This document shows positions 27,340 through 41,517 of a stretch of DNA of 64,000 nt, piece after piece. Below the pieces are notes generated by a model. It worked only from the letters and a program-made list of their open reading frames with translations. It was not told where the DNA came from and made no database searches. A program made the translations under genes and the position numbers. Origin of the DNA: Octopus sinensis (taxonomy: Eukaryota). The DNA lies in contig NC_043001.1 in NCBI RefSeq assembly GCF_006345805.1, positions 56,916,001 to 56,980,000 of the forward strand. The letters run 5' to 3'. The first letter of the stretch is position 1, and every line of letters begins with the position of its first letter.

Positions 27340-27359
27340 AGCTTAGAGAAGAAGAAGAA

Positions 27360-27678
27360 ACGAAACGAAACCAAACGGATCGAATCGAATCGACGCGAAG
27401 GCGCTCAGTCATACAATAGGGTAATAAATAAAATATATGCATACATACAAACATATATGTACGTACCTACATCTACATATATATATACATACATATATAA
27501 ATATATATACGTGTGTACAGGACACCTCAAATAGACGTAGAACTCAACGAGAAACGAAAACGTAAAAACAGCATGGAACGGACCATTCCTTTAACAACGA
27601 AAAAACAGAGTACAAGACAACTACACAAGGAAAAATCCCCTTCATCAGCCGTCCCTAGTTCAACTCCAGCGTGTTTCG
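27360..27678 (-). mobile_element. Penelope-like LTR remnant, same family as 44318-45373
   Basis: The minus strand reads CGAAACACG...CTGATGAAGGGGATTTTTCCTTGTG...GTCCTGTAC...GTAGATGTAGGTACGTACATATATG, matching the copies at 44318 and 45121. Confidence 0.6.
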
Positions 27679-27729
27679 ATATATATATCTGCGTGTGTTT
27701 ATGTATATGTATATGTATGTGTGTATGTA

Positions 27730-27877
<148 letters not shown>

Positions 27878-28729
27878 GTGTGTGTGTGTGTGTGTGTGGT
27901 GTGTGTGTGTAACAAACTAATTTTCATTCCATAATGATAAGTTGAAATAGCTTTAACCGGTTTCATAGTTTACATTGATTTACAAAAAGATGGAATAGAA
28001 AGACGTGGATTATGTCGCAGCTGTCTTGCTTCTGACCAGGGTTTGAAGTTTGTCCCGCTTTATTAGGGATTTCATGGCTCAAATTATTATATGTTTTGAA
28101 CAGGAATTGATTGGTAGAGGAGTGTCACATGACTGGTTTTAGAAATTTTTGTAGGCTCCCCGCTACGTCCGTATGTTAGTATCAAGTGACAATGCTTGGC
28201 ATCATAAGTTAAGGTTGATACGGTTGACTGAACATGTTCAAACAATCAAGTGTTTGTAGAGAATGAACTCATGATTCAGTTTATAACCTTCTGTACGTTT
28301 CTCAATACGTTAAAAAAAATAGTTATAAAATATTTTTACTATTCTCAGCGCATTTTCACTTCTATTTTTCCTATATATATATATAAATGCGCGCACATGT
28401 TTACACACACGCACACACACGCACGCACGCACACACACGCACGCACGCACACACACACGCACACACACACACGCACGCACGCACACACACACACACACAC
28501 ATGCACACTCACAATAGTTCGCAGGCTCCTCACACACACATACACACATATATACACACATATGATTGTGTGCATGTGTTCATATACATATATATCATAT
28601 ATTTGCCTGTATATATTACCTTGTTTCTGGTAAGAAACCATATGCATACAAATTATACATATATCCAGGTCAGTCTTTTAATGGCAGGCAATCAGTGTAA
28701 AACCTGATTATCGGTATTATGGTGATTAC

Positions 28730-28772
28730 CGCCCGTTGATGAGGGACAGCAATCCCGAAACTAGTTCGAGCG
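28730..28772 (+). ncRNA. Minimal hammerhead fold, C3U core variant, within a PLE-type LTR remnant (about 28670-28945)
   Basis: P1 CGCCCG/CGAGCG (one mismatch); core TTGATGA; P2 GGGA/TCCC; GAAA; palindromic P3 ACTAGT; triplet GUU. Confidence 0.6.
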
Positions 28773-28980
28773 TATCACTCAGGCTTGCGAGGAAGGGATG
28801 GCCTACCTTTGCAAATACTCCAAGGACACTGATATTGTGTCTAAAGCCAGTTAGAGACGAAGATCTCTTGGGGCTATAAAGCTACAGTAACACCCCCTCC
28901 CCAATGTGGTTAGCCATGATAAGATGGCTTCTATACTTTACATTATATATATATATATTATATATATATATATATATATA

Positions 28981-29177
28981 ACGGGAAGCTTTATGAAAAT
29001 AAACAAAAGACGAAGGCAGGTGGAATACAAAGAAACAATTGTATTAGTATATCGCTCAGGAATATAAATAAAACAAGTATTTTACGTTTCGAGCCTACGC
29101 TCTTCAACAGAAAGATATACAGAAAAGAAACACGGAAAGAAACAAGGAGAGAAAAAAAAATGCGTGCAGAAGCTAGC
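28981..29177 (-). mobile_element. About 195-bp PLE-type LTR-derived repeat, second copy at 33716-33908, with a hammerhead-like fold at 29078-29115
   Basis: Its reverse complement aligns along the full length with 33716-33908 (CTGTTGAAGAGCGTAGGCTCGAAACGT...CCACCTGCCTTCGTCTTTTGTTTATTTTCATAAA). Both copies sit in (TA)n. Confidence 0.75.
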
Positions 29178-30419
29178 TATATATATATATATATATATGT
29201 TGGTTTCGAATTTAACTTTATTCAATCCAGTGCAAATTCTCAATCTAAAATATAACTGATATACATCCGTTGTATGGCACTGACGCTAACTTTAAGTTTC
29301 AAATAGTAGAGCATTTATGAAGTATTATTTTCAAACATGATATTTAGAATTTATATTTTCAGGTTTTTATGACACACTTGATATTGTTTTTATACATAAA
29401 ACCAAAGTAAAATCGTATTTATGTATTCGACATATGCCTGGAAGCACTGTGCCTTTATTTTTCTTTTTTCACAACAGGCATGTCTGAGTAAGTAGAAGTA
29501 TAATATGATGTACTTTGCACTCTTGATTGCCTCTGATAGAATGACACCAAGTCCCGCTTACTTGCCAGAGAAAAGATAGTTAATGGTTTTAAAAAGCTTT
29601 CCAGTTGTCGGAAATGTACATAATTCCTCCATCACTACCGGACTGTCAACGGTGTCTAGCATACAATCCGAGCTGGCGTTCACTGTTGAATGACGTTCAG
29701 AGAAATGCTCAGTCGGTCATTCCATCTACTTTGTACATATCTTTGATACGATTTTCAGAGGTGCTCTATTGCTGTATCCATCCATCCTTTCATCCGTCCA
29801 TCCGTCCATCCATCCATGTATCCATCCATCAATCTGCGTATATGCCTGTATCTCTTTAAAATATGTATGTGTAATATGCATATATGTGTCGTACACGTAC
29901 ATATACTTTTGGATATAAATGTGTGTATGAACATCTTTGTGTGTGCAACTGTAAGAGTGAATAGATACAGACATTATGTAGATGTTTGCATTTCGTTCAA
30001 GAAACGTTCACTGTTTTCTATATGATTAGTATTCACAAGATGTAAAATGTTTCTTTTTTCCTTATCAAAAATAATCATTTTATACGTTCATATATATACA
30101 CTTATATGCACACACACATACTCATATATGTATGTATGCAAATTTATATATACATATATAGATAGATATAGATATAGATAAATAGATAGATATAGATACA
30201 TATATTTATGTATGTGTCTGTGTGCGCGTGTGTGTTAGGTGTAAAATATTATGAATAAGATATATTTTTATACTTTTCCTTCCTCAATACAGATTCGCTT
30301 ATGTAAGTTGTGCGTTTTAATTGAATATTTTTCAGAAACGTTTTTTATAATCCCATTTATGATATTTTTGGATATTTTTTTTATTAATTATAACATTTCA
30401 TATTTTTCATATCCTCCTC

Positions 30420-30442
30420 CTCCTGGTCACCACCACCAACAC

Positions 30443-30495
<53 letters not shown>

Positions 30496-30870
30496 ACATC
30501 ATCATCATCATCATCCTTGTTGCTGTTGTGATTTTTCTGGGTTTTCTCCTTTGTATTATTGTCATTGTTATTCTTCTTCTTATTGTTCCTTTTATTCTCC
30601 ACTATTATTCAAATTATTAAGAATATTACGTTTTTATACGTTTTATTATTTAAAAAAATAAATAAATATATCTGGAATAAAAAAGAAAAATTCATCACTA
30701 TTATCATTATCATTATTTATTATTTTCGCCATTTTAATTTCATATATTCTGGTTGTTGTGTTCAGAGCACTCATTCTCACATGATTTATATTTAGTATCA
30801 TCATGATCGTGATGAGGACCAGGATCACGATTATGACCACGGTCGTAGCCGTCGTCGCCATCATCATCAC

Positions 30871-30908
<38 letters not shown>

Positions 30909-31070
30909 CCACGATCACCATGATCACCATGATCACCATCCTCCTCCTCCTCCTCCTCCTCCTCATCATCATCATCATCACCACCACCACCACCACCATC
31001 ATCACCACCACGATCACCACCACCATCATCATCACCGCCATCATCATCATCATCTGTAGCAGCAGTAGTT
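30420..31070. repeat. (CAT)n/(CAC)n/(CCT)n trinucleotide low-complexity region
   Basis: Direct reading; the poly-H, poly-D, poly-I and poly-M ORFs are artefacts. Confidence 0.9.
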
Positions 31071-32082
31071 GCGTCGTCATCTTCGCGGTAGATGTTATTC
31101 TTGATATTTACTTTTATAATTTATGTGTTTAGTTTCACTAACATTATTGGACACACGCACATACACGCACTCACACGTACACAAACACACACACACACAC
31201 TCACTAACAGAGAGCCTCGTATATGCAAAAACGCACAACAATACATGCAAACAAAGATTCACGCGTATAATCACACGTACTCATACACAAACCGGAAGGA
31301 CGCAAACACGACAATACATACAGAGACATACACATGCATACATACACACACATACATATATTTATGTGTGTGTGAATATGTAATTATACATACATACATG
31401 TATATATATCTATTTATATATGTATATATACACATACATACATTTATATATATATATATGTATATATGAATATATACACATACATACATTTATATATATA
31501 TATGTATGTGTATATATATATATTATATATATATATATGTATATATATATATTTATATATTTATATATACACCCACACACAAACACACAGATATGTACGT
31601 ATGTATATATGTATGTATATTTGTATTCATACACGCGCTCATATATATAAATTTCGTTTATTTCTACTTGAAAAGAGAAAAACAATTTAGAACATCCTAA
31701 TGAAATAGCAGCGAGAAACAAAAACATAAATCTCCACACAAACAGCAGCAGCAACAGTAGACATTACAATCATTTTGCTGCATACAACAAAAACAATCGC
31801 TATGGCATACTCAAGATTCTTAATTAAAGTGGACTGGAATGTATATTTACGTGCGCTTGTGTAAATCTGATTGTGTATAGGTCCGTGCGTCTAATACATA
31901 TGTATGTATGTATGTATGTATGAGTGCGTGTGTTTTATGTTGAATCAGAGTGATAGAAAAAGTAGAAAAGTAGGCATACAGATACACAAAAAGACGTACA
32001 GACACATACACATACACATGTCCCCACATATCTGTTTGTATGTATGCATATATATATACATAAATATACATATATATATATG

Positions 32083-32121
<39 letters not shown>

Positions 32122-32421
32122 ATATATATATATGTATGTGTATATATATATATATATATGTATGTGTATATATATATATGTATATATATATATATTTATA
32201 TACGAGTGTGTGTGTGGCGCGTGTCCTTATTTCTGTGTGCACATATATGTGTATGTGTGTGTATGAGTATGCATGTGTGTGGTGTATGTGGGGGGGGTGC
32301 GTGTATATTTATATATATATGTATGTGTATATATATATATATATGTATATATACACATACATACATTTATATATATATATGTATATATACACATACATAC
32401 ATTTATATATATATATGTTTG

Positions 32422-32488
<67 letters not shown>

Positions 32489-33550
32489 ATATGTATGTGT
32501 ATATATATATATATGTTTGTATGTATATATATATATTATATATATATATATATATTTATATACGAGTGTGTGTGTGGCGCGTGTCCTTATTTCTGTGTGC
32601 ACATATATGTGTATGTGTGTGTATGAGTATGCATGTGTGTGGTGTATGTGGGGGGGGGGGTGCGTGTATATTTATATATATGCTCGTCCTTAGATAGATA
32701 GATATATAGAAAGATAGATAGATAGATGTTGCTTCCTTATAAATCAATATTCAATACTTGACTAGAAAACTCAAGATAAGAATGGTGATAATCTTTTCTC
32801 ATAGTATGGAATTCGGTGAAATGTTTTTAAGAAATCTTCAATACAATATGTAAGGTGATTGCACAAGTTGCAACAGAATTTATTACAGTCGTTTCTCGCT
32901 TATTGATTGCTACTTATATTATAAATTTCCCTAGACAGGCAGGCTTATGGCTTCAAGGTTTTGCACTGTTTTCAAACTGCTGATTTATGTATGTATATAT
33001 GATTAGTAATATTACAATGTGCTTCTCCAATATGGTCAGGACACTAACTTTTTTTTTTTGTATAAATCTGATAGGGATTTTTCTCTACAAATTTATCGTT
33101 GATCGTACTTTCTTGGTCGCCTTATAATTTTTCAGAATTTGAATGTATTGTAGTTTAAATAAGTAATCACGGTTGATGTTTTCTTCAATCACTTACATAA
33201 TAAATACACTGACATTCACGCTCACACGAACACACACACACGCACGCACGCACGCACACACACCACATACAAAACACACATGCGCACTCATACACACACA
33301 CATACACACACATGTGCACGCAGAAATAAGGACACACACCACACACGCACACTCGTATGGCCTATATCCACTAGAATCTATCTACTAATATAGTGACACA
33401 TACATACACTTACGTTGATTAATCGAGATACTACCAGGAGTTTAGATAAATATAGGTGTGAAATAAAGACAGAAGCATATATTACTACCATGTATTCGTA
33501 ATCTTACCCTATGTTTCTGTTTCTCTATATATCTTACTCTCTTAATCTTT

Positions 33551-33584
<34 letters not shown>

Positions 33585-33641
33585 GTATATATATGCATAT
33601 ATACATATATATGTATATATGTATATATGTATATATGTATG

Positions 33642-33685
<44 letters not shown>

Positions 33686-33715
33686 GTATATATATATATA
33701 TGTGTGTTGATTCGT

Positions 33716-33908
33716 TAGCTACTGCACGCATTTTTTTCTCTCCTTCTTTCTGTGTTTTTCTCTCTCTGTGTATCTTTCTGTTGAAGAGCGTAGGCTCGAA
33801 ACGTTAAAGACTTGTTTTATTTATATTTCCTGAGCGCCATACTAATACAATTGTTCGTTTGTTTTCCACCTGCCTTCGTCTTTTGTTTATTTTCATAAAT
33901 CTTCCCGT
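33716..33908 (+). mobile_element. About 195-bp PLE-type LTR-derived repeat with a hammerhead-like fold at 33773-33810
   Basis: P1 TCTTT/AAAGA; core CTGTTGA plus A; P2 GAG/CTC; GAAA; palindromic P3 ACGT; triplet GUU. Confidence 0.75.
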
Positions 33909-33939
<31 letters not shown>

Positions 33940-34096
33940 ATATGTATATATGTATATATGTATATATATATGTATATATATATACATATACACATATATA
34001 TATATATATATGTATATATGTATATATATTTATATATGTATATATATATATATGTATATATGTATATATACTTATATATGTATATGTATATATATG

Positions 34097-34127
<31 letters not shown>

Positions 34128-34136
34128 TATATATAT

Positions 34137-34169
<33 letters not shown>

Positions 34170-34505
34170 GCATAAATATTTACGTATACAAATAGCAACT
34201 GGAAATTGCTGTTCACAGCGTTCAGACCTGCAAATGGAAATTGGAATTTCGTCCTTTCTTTTTTTCTTTGTCCCCGCTTCTCTGTCTCTTTCTCTGCATA
34301 TTTTTGTTTTTCCCCCTCTCATGTATCCATGATACACTGACATATATTTCTTTTGGTTTGCATATCATTACAAACATGCACACACGCACACACATGCGTA
34401 TTTACTTGCATACAAACTTACATACATTTATGCATACATACTTACATAAATCTACAAGTGTATGCATATGCATATCTCTATCCACCTACCAGTATATATA
34501 TATAC

Positions 34506-34545
<40 letters not shown>

Positions 34546-34875
34546 TGGCACATACAGTAAACCATATATGTATAAAAACTATGGCACACGGGAAGCAATT
34601 GTTATTTCGAAGTTATCTTATTAAGAACGTGACGTTCTTGTATTTCAGTCTATTTTATTTTTTATCATTTACTCCTATAAATTTACGTTTATTTTCTTTC
34701 TCTCTTTGTAGTTATAGCAAGCTTGAGAATTAGTTTTCACAATTCTGTCGATGTTTCTAGATTATCTAAACCTTCTTTGTCCACACGTTTTCTCACAATA
34801 TAACGACGTGAAGAGACTTAAATTAAAGCTGCAAGAAAATTTGTAATTTGCTCGGCATCTGCAGATCCTGTCACA

Positions 34876-34950
<75 letters not shown>

Positions 34951-34952
34951 TA
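34876..34952. repeat. (CTA)n microsatellite
   Basis: Direct reading. Confidence 0.95.
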
Positions 34953-37289
34953 CAGGAAAGCAGCAGCAACAGTATAGATGAAGACCACGACAAGTACGAC
35001 GATGGCGTTGACGACGACGACGATGATGATGATGATATTTCCCTCTGAAGTATCAGATGAAGCTGACCGTTACTTAGAATATAGCGTGCCGGTTTACGAA
35101 GTAAATTGAAAATAGACAATGGAAAATGAAAGTTTGTCTGAAGGATATTCAAGGCATCCCTGTTATTCTGTATTCTTCCGCTTACTGTTAAGAATATTTG
35201 CTTTTCCTCAACGATCTCTCGTTGGCGTAAGGAGTACGTTGAGAATAAATCAACTTTCACGGCTTTCACGGGCTGTTTTCACAATCCATTTTTCAACTAA
35301 TTTATTATGAAAGAGTACATTCCTCTCTAATCTCTCAGTCATTTCCAAATAAAAAGTTGATGGCAACTAGGCTACTAACGAAGAACTGTCTTTTTCAGTT
35401 CAGTCTTGTCTACCACACAAACGTGTACGCCATAGCCACAAAAAAGAGAAAAAATGCGTACGTTTCATGCAATGCGACCTTCAGTTTGGACACGATGGAA
35501 AGCGAGTTCTCTCCTTTATATGATAGAGGACTGTGAGAATTTCAGAACAGACAAGATGCTAGATCTCTAATCGTAGTTTATATATTCAGCTCCGTCAAAT
35601 AGAGCTATTATGTGAGAATGAAGCAGAAAAGGTGTAGCACCTTCTTTTATTTGTTCATCCACGGCTTATCGCTCGCGCCGTATAGACAAAGCTGGAAGCA
35701 GATAGATCACATCACAAGTGAAACACATCCTTTCCCCAAGAGGCGAAAGAGACACTGTAACCTGGCCACGTGTTGGGTGGAGCAAAACACAAACGGCCAT
35801 AAATAATGGGAGTGTACTATGCGCTTTCATTCTTTGGCCGATCTTTGAGTGATGGTTTTCTTTCGTTCCATTTTCTTAGAAAACTGGTTATCTACACTTA
35901 ATTTCACATATGTTTCTGTCCACCCGACGGCCCGAGCATAACCAGATTTGAAACAACTTAACCGTCGGTCCAGCATGCCATGACCCGATCCGACAGCATG
36001 AACTTGCTTGTCAACTGGCAGAACTGTGAGCTCACCGCCTTCTCCGATTTAATCTTTGCTAATATAACAACTTCATATTCATTTAGAACTTTACTAACCA
36101 CCTCAATATCCGTCGTATTCGAAATTATTACGATAATGATATCAGTATATGCCTATTCGGTTTTCCCATGTTCTATTTTGAAAAAAAATGAAGAGGGGAA
36201 AATATTCTTCATAAGCGATGTATAGGTTGCTATTTAGATTTGCTTTTTACATTGAAAGCCGAAGCTGTCTTATATTGATCTTGTCTGGATTGCGAATTTC
36301 TGCAAGTTTTTTTGGACACACTACTGACGATTAACAGCAACATCTTTGCATTTTGGTAACAATATTTCACTCCCCATCTAACAGAGATATAAGTCGAAAA
36401 TAATGTTCCATCTAATATCGCAAAATTTATGATGAGCGTTGGAGACATGGTCGTGACGACTTTCACTATATTTTTCCAAATGGATTCTGTTAATTTGCTC
36501 ATTAGCTAATACATTTCCAGCACTGATGCTTTATTTAACACTATTGATTTTGCTCTAGCTACACATTTCCGATGACGATCATCGCCGCCTAATTAAATTG
36601 GCTAACCTTCTGTGTTCAACTTCCGGTAATGGGATCCCTCTCTATACCTTTTAATTAGGTAGGCCTAATTAGCTGCTGTTTGATTGCTCCATGAAGCCAG
36701 ATGTAGATTTTTAGTGTTGGAGCTGACAGGTTGAAATTGTTGATACTCTGAACTATTTCCGCTCACCTTACAATCACTCTATGTAGATCCATTCCCCAGT
36801 CTGAGTAATCCAATGTGATTGCTCAATGTCCATGCACATTTGATATATCCAGAGAGACTCCTCACATAGTTCTCTGAGCTGGATCCAAGTGTGTTTAAAC
36901 GTGATTCTGCTATCGAATAATCTACACAGTCCCATTTTGTGCAGTAATTACTTTTCAAATGGGACGAAAAGAATACGATGTTGCCAAAACGCATGTACAT
37001 ATTTGAAGAATCCAATATAGAACCTAATCTGCGCTCAGTTATACTGGTCAATAGCCTTCAGGAAAGATGGTATGATAGGGTTCAGATGGGAACTGGAGAA
37101 AAGCACGACGATCTGGGGTAATATATGAAAGTGGGGACGCAAGCATTCGTCACTTTTGCCCTGTTAGCAAGGTGCAATGCGAAAACAAACCGCAGTTCAG
37201 TCTTTGGTTAACCATAATGGATGCATGCTACTCAATTCCTAGAAAAAATGCACGGATTCATAGCAGCACCTCATCGTCTGTTCGAGATG

Positions 37290-38200
37290 AATAGCTGACC
37301 AAACATAGTATGGGCTTCAGTGCCCACCTCGACGGCCTGCCTCAATTTTTTGTAATGGAATGAAGTTTATGAAAACGGATAACAGTCGCGAAAATACGAC
37401 ATGCAATGGTTCGCTGCGCCGGATTAAAATATTTTATTTGGAGTCGAGGAGCTCTGGCACTGCTAAGAAAGGACCCATACAAAAGGTATCACATAAAAAG
37501 AAATTTAGGTCTTCTCTTAATTGCAGACTTCAAAATTTCGGACAATGTGTTAGCCAAAAGTTTGAGGCTTGCCGTCACTAATCTGATGTGAGATCCAAGT
37601 TAATGCGCCATTCCGAACAGACCTCTCTATAGCCTCCACCTCATGCAGTATTGCAGAGATTTTAGGTAAATAAACTGGTAGGGTAGTGGCCCTGATAATT
37701 TATATCACTCAAAAACTTTCGATAAGGCCGACCACAGATAGTTAGCGGCTGTCTTCGATTCCAGTCCCGCCTTGGATGGCAGTAATGTGTAACAACATTT
37801 GTTCGGTGGTTCGAGTAAATAGTCACTATAGTAGCCATCCAGTTTCAAGCGCTCTGTCAAAATTGTATCCTCTCATTTCTTGTGCAGAGCCTCTACTGCG
37901 GAAACTGCCGCGCGTACTAAGATGTAAGAGAAGCGTGTCGGCATACGATGTAGACGTGACCATCATAGTATCGATCGCCATGCTGGTAGAGTTATAACAG
38001 TTGCAAAACCTAACAAAGAAGTGTTCATGCAGCACAACACCTGAAGAAGTTCGCCACATCTACTCAAACTTTCAGGAATCTCTTTCCTTCGGCGGATTTC
38101 TCTGTGAGATTGCCCCTATCCACGTTCTTCACCTCCTCCTAGCTTTTCTTCTGTTGGTGAAAGTCGAGCTATTTAGTCGGTCCGTCCAACACCACAAAAT
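37290..38200 (+). pseudogene. Decayed L1/Tx1-clade LINE reverse transcriptase
   Basis: Ordered RT motifs across frameshifts: SAHLDGLP (SPGxDGLP), WSRGALALLRK...LLIADFKISDNVLAKSL, CAIPNRPLYSLHLMQY, SKTFDKADHR*LAAV, ICSVVRVN, AEPLLRKL, VSAYDVDVTIIVS (decayed YADD). The element may extend upstream to about 35800, which is unresolved. Confidence 0.85.
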
Positions 38201-39082
38201 ACTATTTCATGGCATGAATCAGCCTTCCATGTAACTAGCTGCAGGGACAGTCAGATCGCTGCTGTATGTTGTGACCGAATTTTTCATGTCAACACATTTT
38301 CGTCCCTTAGGGCGGTGAGAACCACTTCGGTGTGCCTGGCATCCGGCACTCTGATGCTAACCATAAACATTTAACAACAGAACAAGGTATTTAGAAACAA
38401 TAGAAGTACACATTACTAGCATCTCGGAGCTAAGCAATGAAAATACGGAAGAAGCAAGGAACTTTTGGATAGGTATATGAAGCAAAGCATATTAATGAAA
38501 CAGGCAGGCGGACTGGTCTTACACATTAAAAAGTGGAATTCAAAAATAGATTAAAATGAGTTACGAATATTACTGACGAGCAAGACAAAAATGTGTTTAA
38601 TAACAATCCTGATTCGAAAGACCCTGGGCTGAATAATGTTTAGGGATTCATGCTTAAAACTATTACAAGCAAGCGGAGTTATAAACAACCGTTTCTTACT
38701 AAGTGTATATATAATGGAACGCCAACATGAGTGCCGAAGATCAGTAATATCAGAGTATGTTAAAGAAAAACGAGGAAAGTCGCGAATTATACGCCTATTA
38801 CACGCTTGGAAATTATTAACTGGTTTCATATTTGGAGAGTCTATTACTATATAAGCAATGGGGTGCGAAAAGAAATCAAAGGAAACTATTGATCTGAGGT
38901 CACAGTTGATAGTCTCCAAGTACGTGGTTTTCTCTAGTTCTCATTTAACCATCTTTAAGTTCATTCATCAATACACATTGCTTTTGTGAATGGTATCATC
39001 TCTATAAAGAGCCTGTAAATTTCTGTGGATGTCGAACACAATGACAACACTTCGCTTCTGATTAGAACCTTTTATTTGCCTT

Positions 39083-39271
39083 TAGTGAGGAGGAAGAAGG
39101 AGAAGAAGAAGGAGAAGAAGAAGAAGAAGAAGAAGAAGAAGAAGAAGAAGAAGAAGAAGAGAAGAAGAAGAAAAGGAAGAAGATGAAGAAGAAGATGAAG
39201 AAGAAGATAAAGAAGAAGAAGAAAGAAGAAGAAGAAGAAGAAGAAGAAGAAGAAGAAGAAGAAGAAGAAGA
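39083..39271. repeat. (GAA)n microsatellite
   Basis: Direct reading; it abuts the HERO-like fragment. Confidence 0.95.
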
Positions 39272-40070
39272 ATCAACATAGATGACTTAGTCAACCAGCA
39301 TGTGACGTTTGAAGAAGACTTATCAAACATGTGGAGTTTGAACAATATCACTCAGTTAATAGAAAAACCGTTAAAAGTACCATCAAGAGATTTCATTACC
39401 TTCGTGCGACCAGGTCAGCGGATCCGTTTCAAGAAGATCAAGAAACTTCCTGAGAAAAATGAAAAGTGGAACGGCTATTGGGAGGTAACTGCAGATTTAC
39501 CTGGGTGCCAGGTTTTCTTTCCCATCCCAGTTTCGAAAAAACCAGATATTTTGATGTGGTGTGAAAGAAAGAAAGTTGTAAATATAGTCGAGCTAACGGT
39601 TCCTCATGAAGATAATATGGACGCCACTCGGGCTCGAAAATTGAACCGTTATGAAAATCTCCTCGAGGAATGTGAAGACGCAGGCTGGAAAGCGGAACAT
39701 TTTCCTATCGAAGTCGGATGTAGAGGGTTTGTTGGATACAGCGTGAGACGACTGTTGTTATCGATAGGCTTAACTCATCGTAAAGTCAATACCACCATGA
39801 CTGATATCCAATCTACAGTGGAGAAAGCTAGCCACTGGATTTGGTTAAAAAGAGACGATGGGCGATGGCTAGAAGTATATTGAATTCTTCATAACCAGCT
39901 GATCTAGCAAGCGGGGCCTCATATCAGTGAGGGGGGCCGGTGTGCATTGATGCTGTCGAGAGGTAGGCCCCGAAACGGCGCGCATTTTCTCCTGATGACC
40001 CCATACACTTGCTAGCTTCCGGTATACGGAGCTTTTAACTGGTAGCACTTGCATGTGCAAATTGTTTGCA
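39272..40070 (+). mobile_element. 5'-truncated HERO/NeSL-like (R2-group) LINE: open restriction-like endonuclease domain and 3' UTR
   Basis: ORF 39302-39883 contains KPDILMW...IVELTVPHEDNM...RKLNRY...GW...PIEVGCRGF...EKASHWIWLKR, the PD..E...K/Y RLE signature typical of HERO elements. A GC-richer structured 3' UTR follows. Confidence 0.85.
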
Positions 40071-41483
40071 AGACATCTGTGTAGATTTTGGACAATTTTC
40101 GGTACATTTCTCCCCTACGTACCCATAATTTTTATAATTTCTACGTGACAAATGCCTCAAATGTTTTGGAGTGTTAAATGTTGAAATGAATTTTAGAATA
40201 TGACTGGTACTTGATTAATCGACTGTATTCATGATGATAGTTTTTATGAAGATGATGTTGACACTGATGGCTTTTGAGGTGCTGAGGTCGTGGTATTTTG
40301 TGATAGCAATGATATTGGTGTTGGTGGTGGTGGTGGTGGTGACTGACAGTATTGTAGGTGCTGTTGCTACTGGTGGTAGTAGTAGCGATGCTGCTGCTTA
40401 TGCCGAAAACAATAAAACGATTGTGATTGTCATTATAATTTTGATAATGACAATGATGATAACGAGAGAGACGATGTTATTGATGATGATGATGATCTGC
40501 TGCTGTTGCTGAAGATGATGATGATAACGACGATAATGGTGCTGCTGCTGATGATAATGATGAAGATCAAACGTAATATTGTCACGATGAAAACTTAATG
40601 AATTGATCGTAATACCATAAATTTGTAAAAAAAGCATTTGAACAAAATTTTCATGAAAACATTTATTATTCTTACAGACTATTATCTTTGCTGTTGATAT
40701 TGTTGATAATGATGTTTCTGCTGTTGATATTGTTTATATTGTTGTTGTAGCCGTTTTAGTTTCTTTCTGTTTTTTTAAAACTGTTCTTAATGTTCAAAAG
40801 CCATTGAGTAAGTTCCAGGCAGAACTGTCTCGAAAATAGATAGCGTTTTGTCACAGAAAATTCATGAACCAGACAATAATGGAATTAACAGAGTAGAGAT
40901 CACCGATTTATTTATTTATAAAAAGAAAGAGAATGAAAGAGAGAGAGAGAGAGATAGAGAGCGAGAGAGAGAGAGAGAGAGTGTGTGAAAGAGAAGAGAG
41001 AGAGACTAGAGGGAGGAGAGAAGAGAGAGGTAGAGAGATTGTGACTGTAAGAGAGGAATGGGGAAGTGAAACAGCGAGAAAAATGTAGAATGAAGACAAA
41101 ATAAAGGAAGGATATAAAGAAAGTGAGTGACAGTAAAGAGTATAAAGACGAAACAGAAGGAAGAGAATAAGAATTAGAACCATAGAAGTAGAAGGGGAAA
41201 GATAATTAAAGATGGAAAATGATTTAGCAGAGGGGAAGAGGGAGGGATAGTCAAAAATAAGCAGAGGAGGGAAAAGCAAAGATGTAAACAAAAATACACA
41301 CTATTATTAGTGTTTAAACAAAAACAATAATAATCGTCTCTTATTTCGACTTATGAGTGTAGCCGAAGCCATCGACCTCAGCCATTGACTGCTACTCTAT
41401 GTATGTATGTATGTATGTATGTATGTATGTATGTATGTATGTATGTATGTATGTATGTATGTATACATGTTTGTATGTGTGTG

Positions 41484-41517
<34 letters not shown>

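Noticed and set aside
30251-34733. Many 60-217-aa ORFs (poly-YI, HT, CV, H, D)
   Set aside because: These are translations of (TA)n, (CA)n, (CATA)n and (CAT)n microsatellites.
38400-38950. Possible RTE-type endonuclease remnant
   Set aside because: Only weak motif echoes (ITSISEL, QAGGLVLHIKK); not supportable without a profile search.
39890-40030. Hammerhead-like words (GAAAC, CTGATGA, GGGGCCT/AGGCCCC stem) in the HERO 3' UTR
   Set aside because: The core strands are in an order and pairing that do not give P1 and P3; CTGATCT precedes the stem instead of CTGANGA.
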